Positions 63,711 through 64,000 of a stretch of DNA of 64,000 nt are shown piece after piece (positions within the stretch are counted from its first letter, which is position 1; the number at the start of each line of letters is the position of its first letter). The notes beneath the pieces are model-generated. The model was not told the origin of the DNA. It saw only the letters and a list, made by a program, of their open reading frames with translations, and did not search any database. The DNA comes from Candidatus Latescibacterota bacterium. GTDB taxonomy: Bacteria; Latescibacterota; UBA2968; SICM01. A program made the position numbers and the translations under genes. The DNA lies in assembly GCA_965217865.1 (NCBI GenBank), contig CBDCJO010000002.1, positions 1 through 64,000 on the forward strand, read 5' to 3'.

Positions 63711-63960
63711 GTGGGACGCAAGACAAGGCTGACGCCCGATCTCAAGGCCGGGATCGTCAGCAGCGTTCGGAAGGGCCTCTCGAACCAGGCCGCCTGCCGG
63801 GTGGTGGGAATCAGCGAGATGGCTTTTTACAACTGGCTCAAGCGCGGCGCGACGTCGAAGTGTGGGAAATTCATGCAGTTTGTGCAGTCCTTTAAAAGAG
63901 GGCGGGGCGGATTTCAAGACCTCGAACCTCGCCGTCATCCAACGGGCCGCACTGGAATCG
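63711..63960 (+). pseudogene. phage HTH / small terminase-like gene, paralog of 1234-1545
   Basis: VGRKTRLTPDLKAGIVSSVRKGLSNQAACRVVGISEMAFYNWL; later frameshift. Confidence 0.65.
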
Positions 63961-64000
63961 GGTCAAATCCATCGATGTCACCTATGCGTGGGCTCCGATC

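Overview
Bacterial chromosome window. The secreted WD40/dockerin-type protein and the RND operon suggest a Latescibacterota/Gemmatimonadota/Poribacteria-like host; this is an inference. The only clearly intact host block is a sigma54-driven RND efflux operon on the minus strand (MFP, two RND permeases, TolC, small membrane gene; ~9.1-20.2 kb). Both sides are decayed accessory DNA. Mobile relics include IS1380, IS3, IS630, IS256 and IS1 pieces, a group II intron remnant, P4-like and serine-recombinase fragments, and phage-type HTH/HGGxSTG genes. Defence relics include cas3, Avs2-like and SNF2 fragments. Intact modules within this debris are: (i) a coupled ParB/Srx-like + SNF2 helicase + DUF3883 nuclease + adenine methylase operon, preceded by a membrane protein + MBL hydrolase pair; (ii) a winged-helix (YwgA/SocA-like) + proteasome-beta-like Thr protease pair; (iii) a Gly-rich + unknown + ART/RES-like three-gene operon; (iv) an MNT-HEPN toxin-antitoxin pair; (v) an MmeI-like type IIL RM enzyme; (vi) a large secreted zincin-WD40 protein. 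A ~0.55-kb structured non-coding element occurs in six full or partial copies, with tRNA-3'-end-like/att-like arms and an outward promoter, and a solitary CRISPR repeat lies just upstream of the MNT-HEPN pair. All family calls come from motif recognition by eye, not from database searches.
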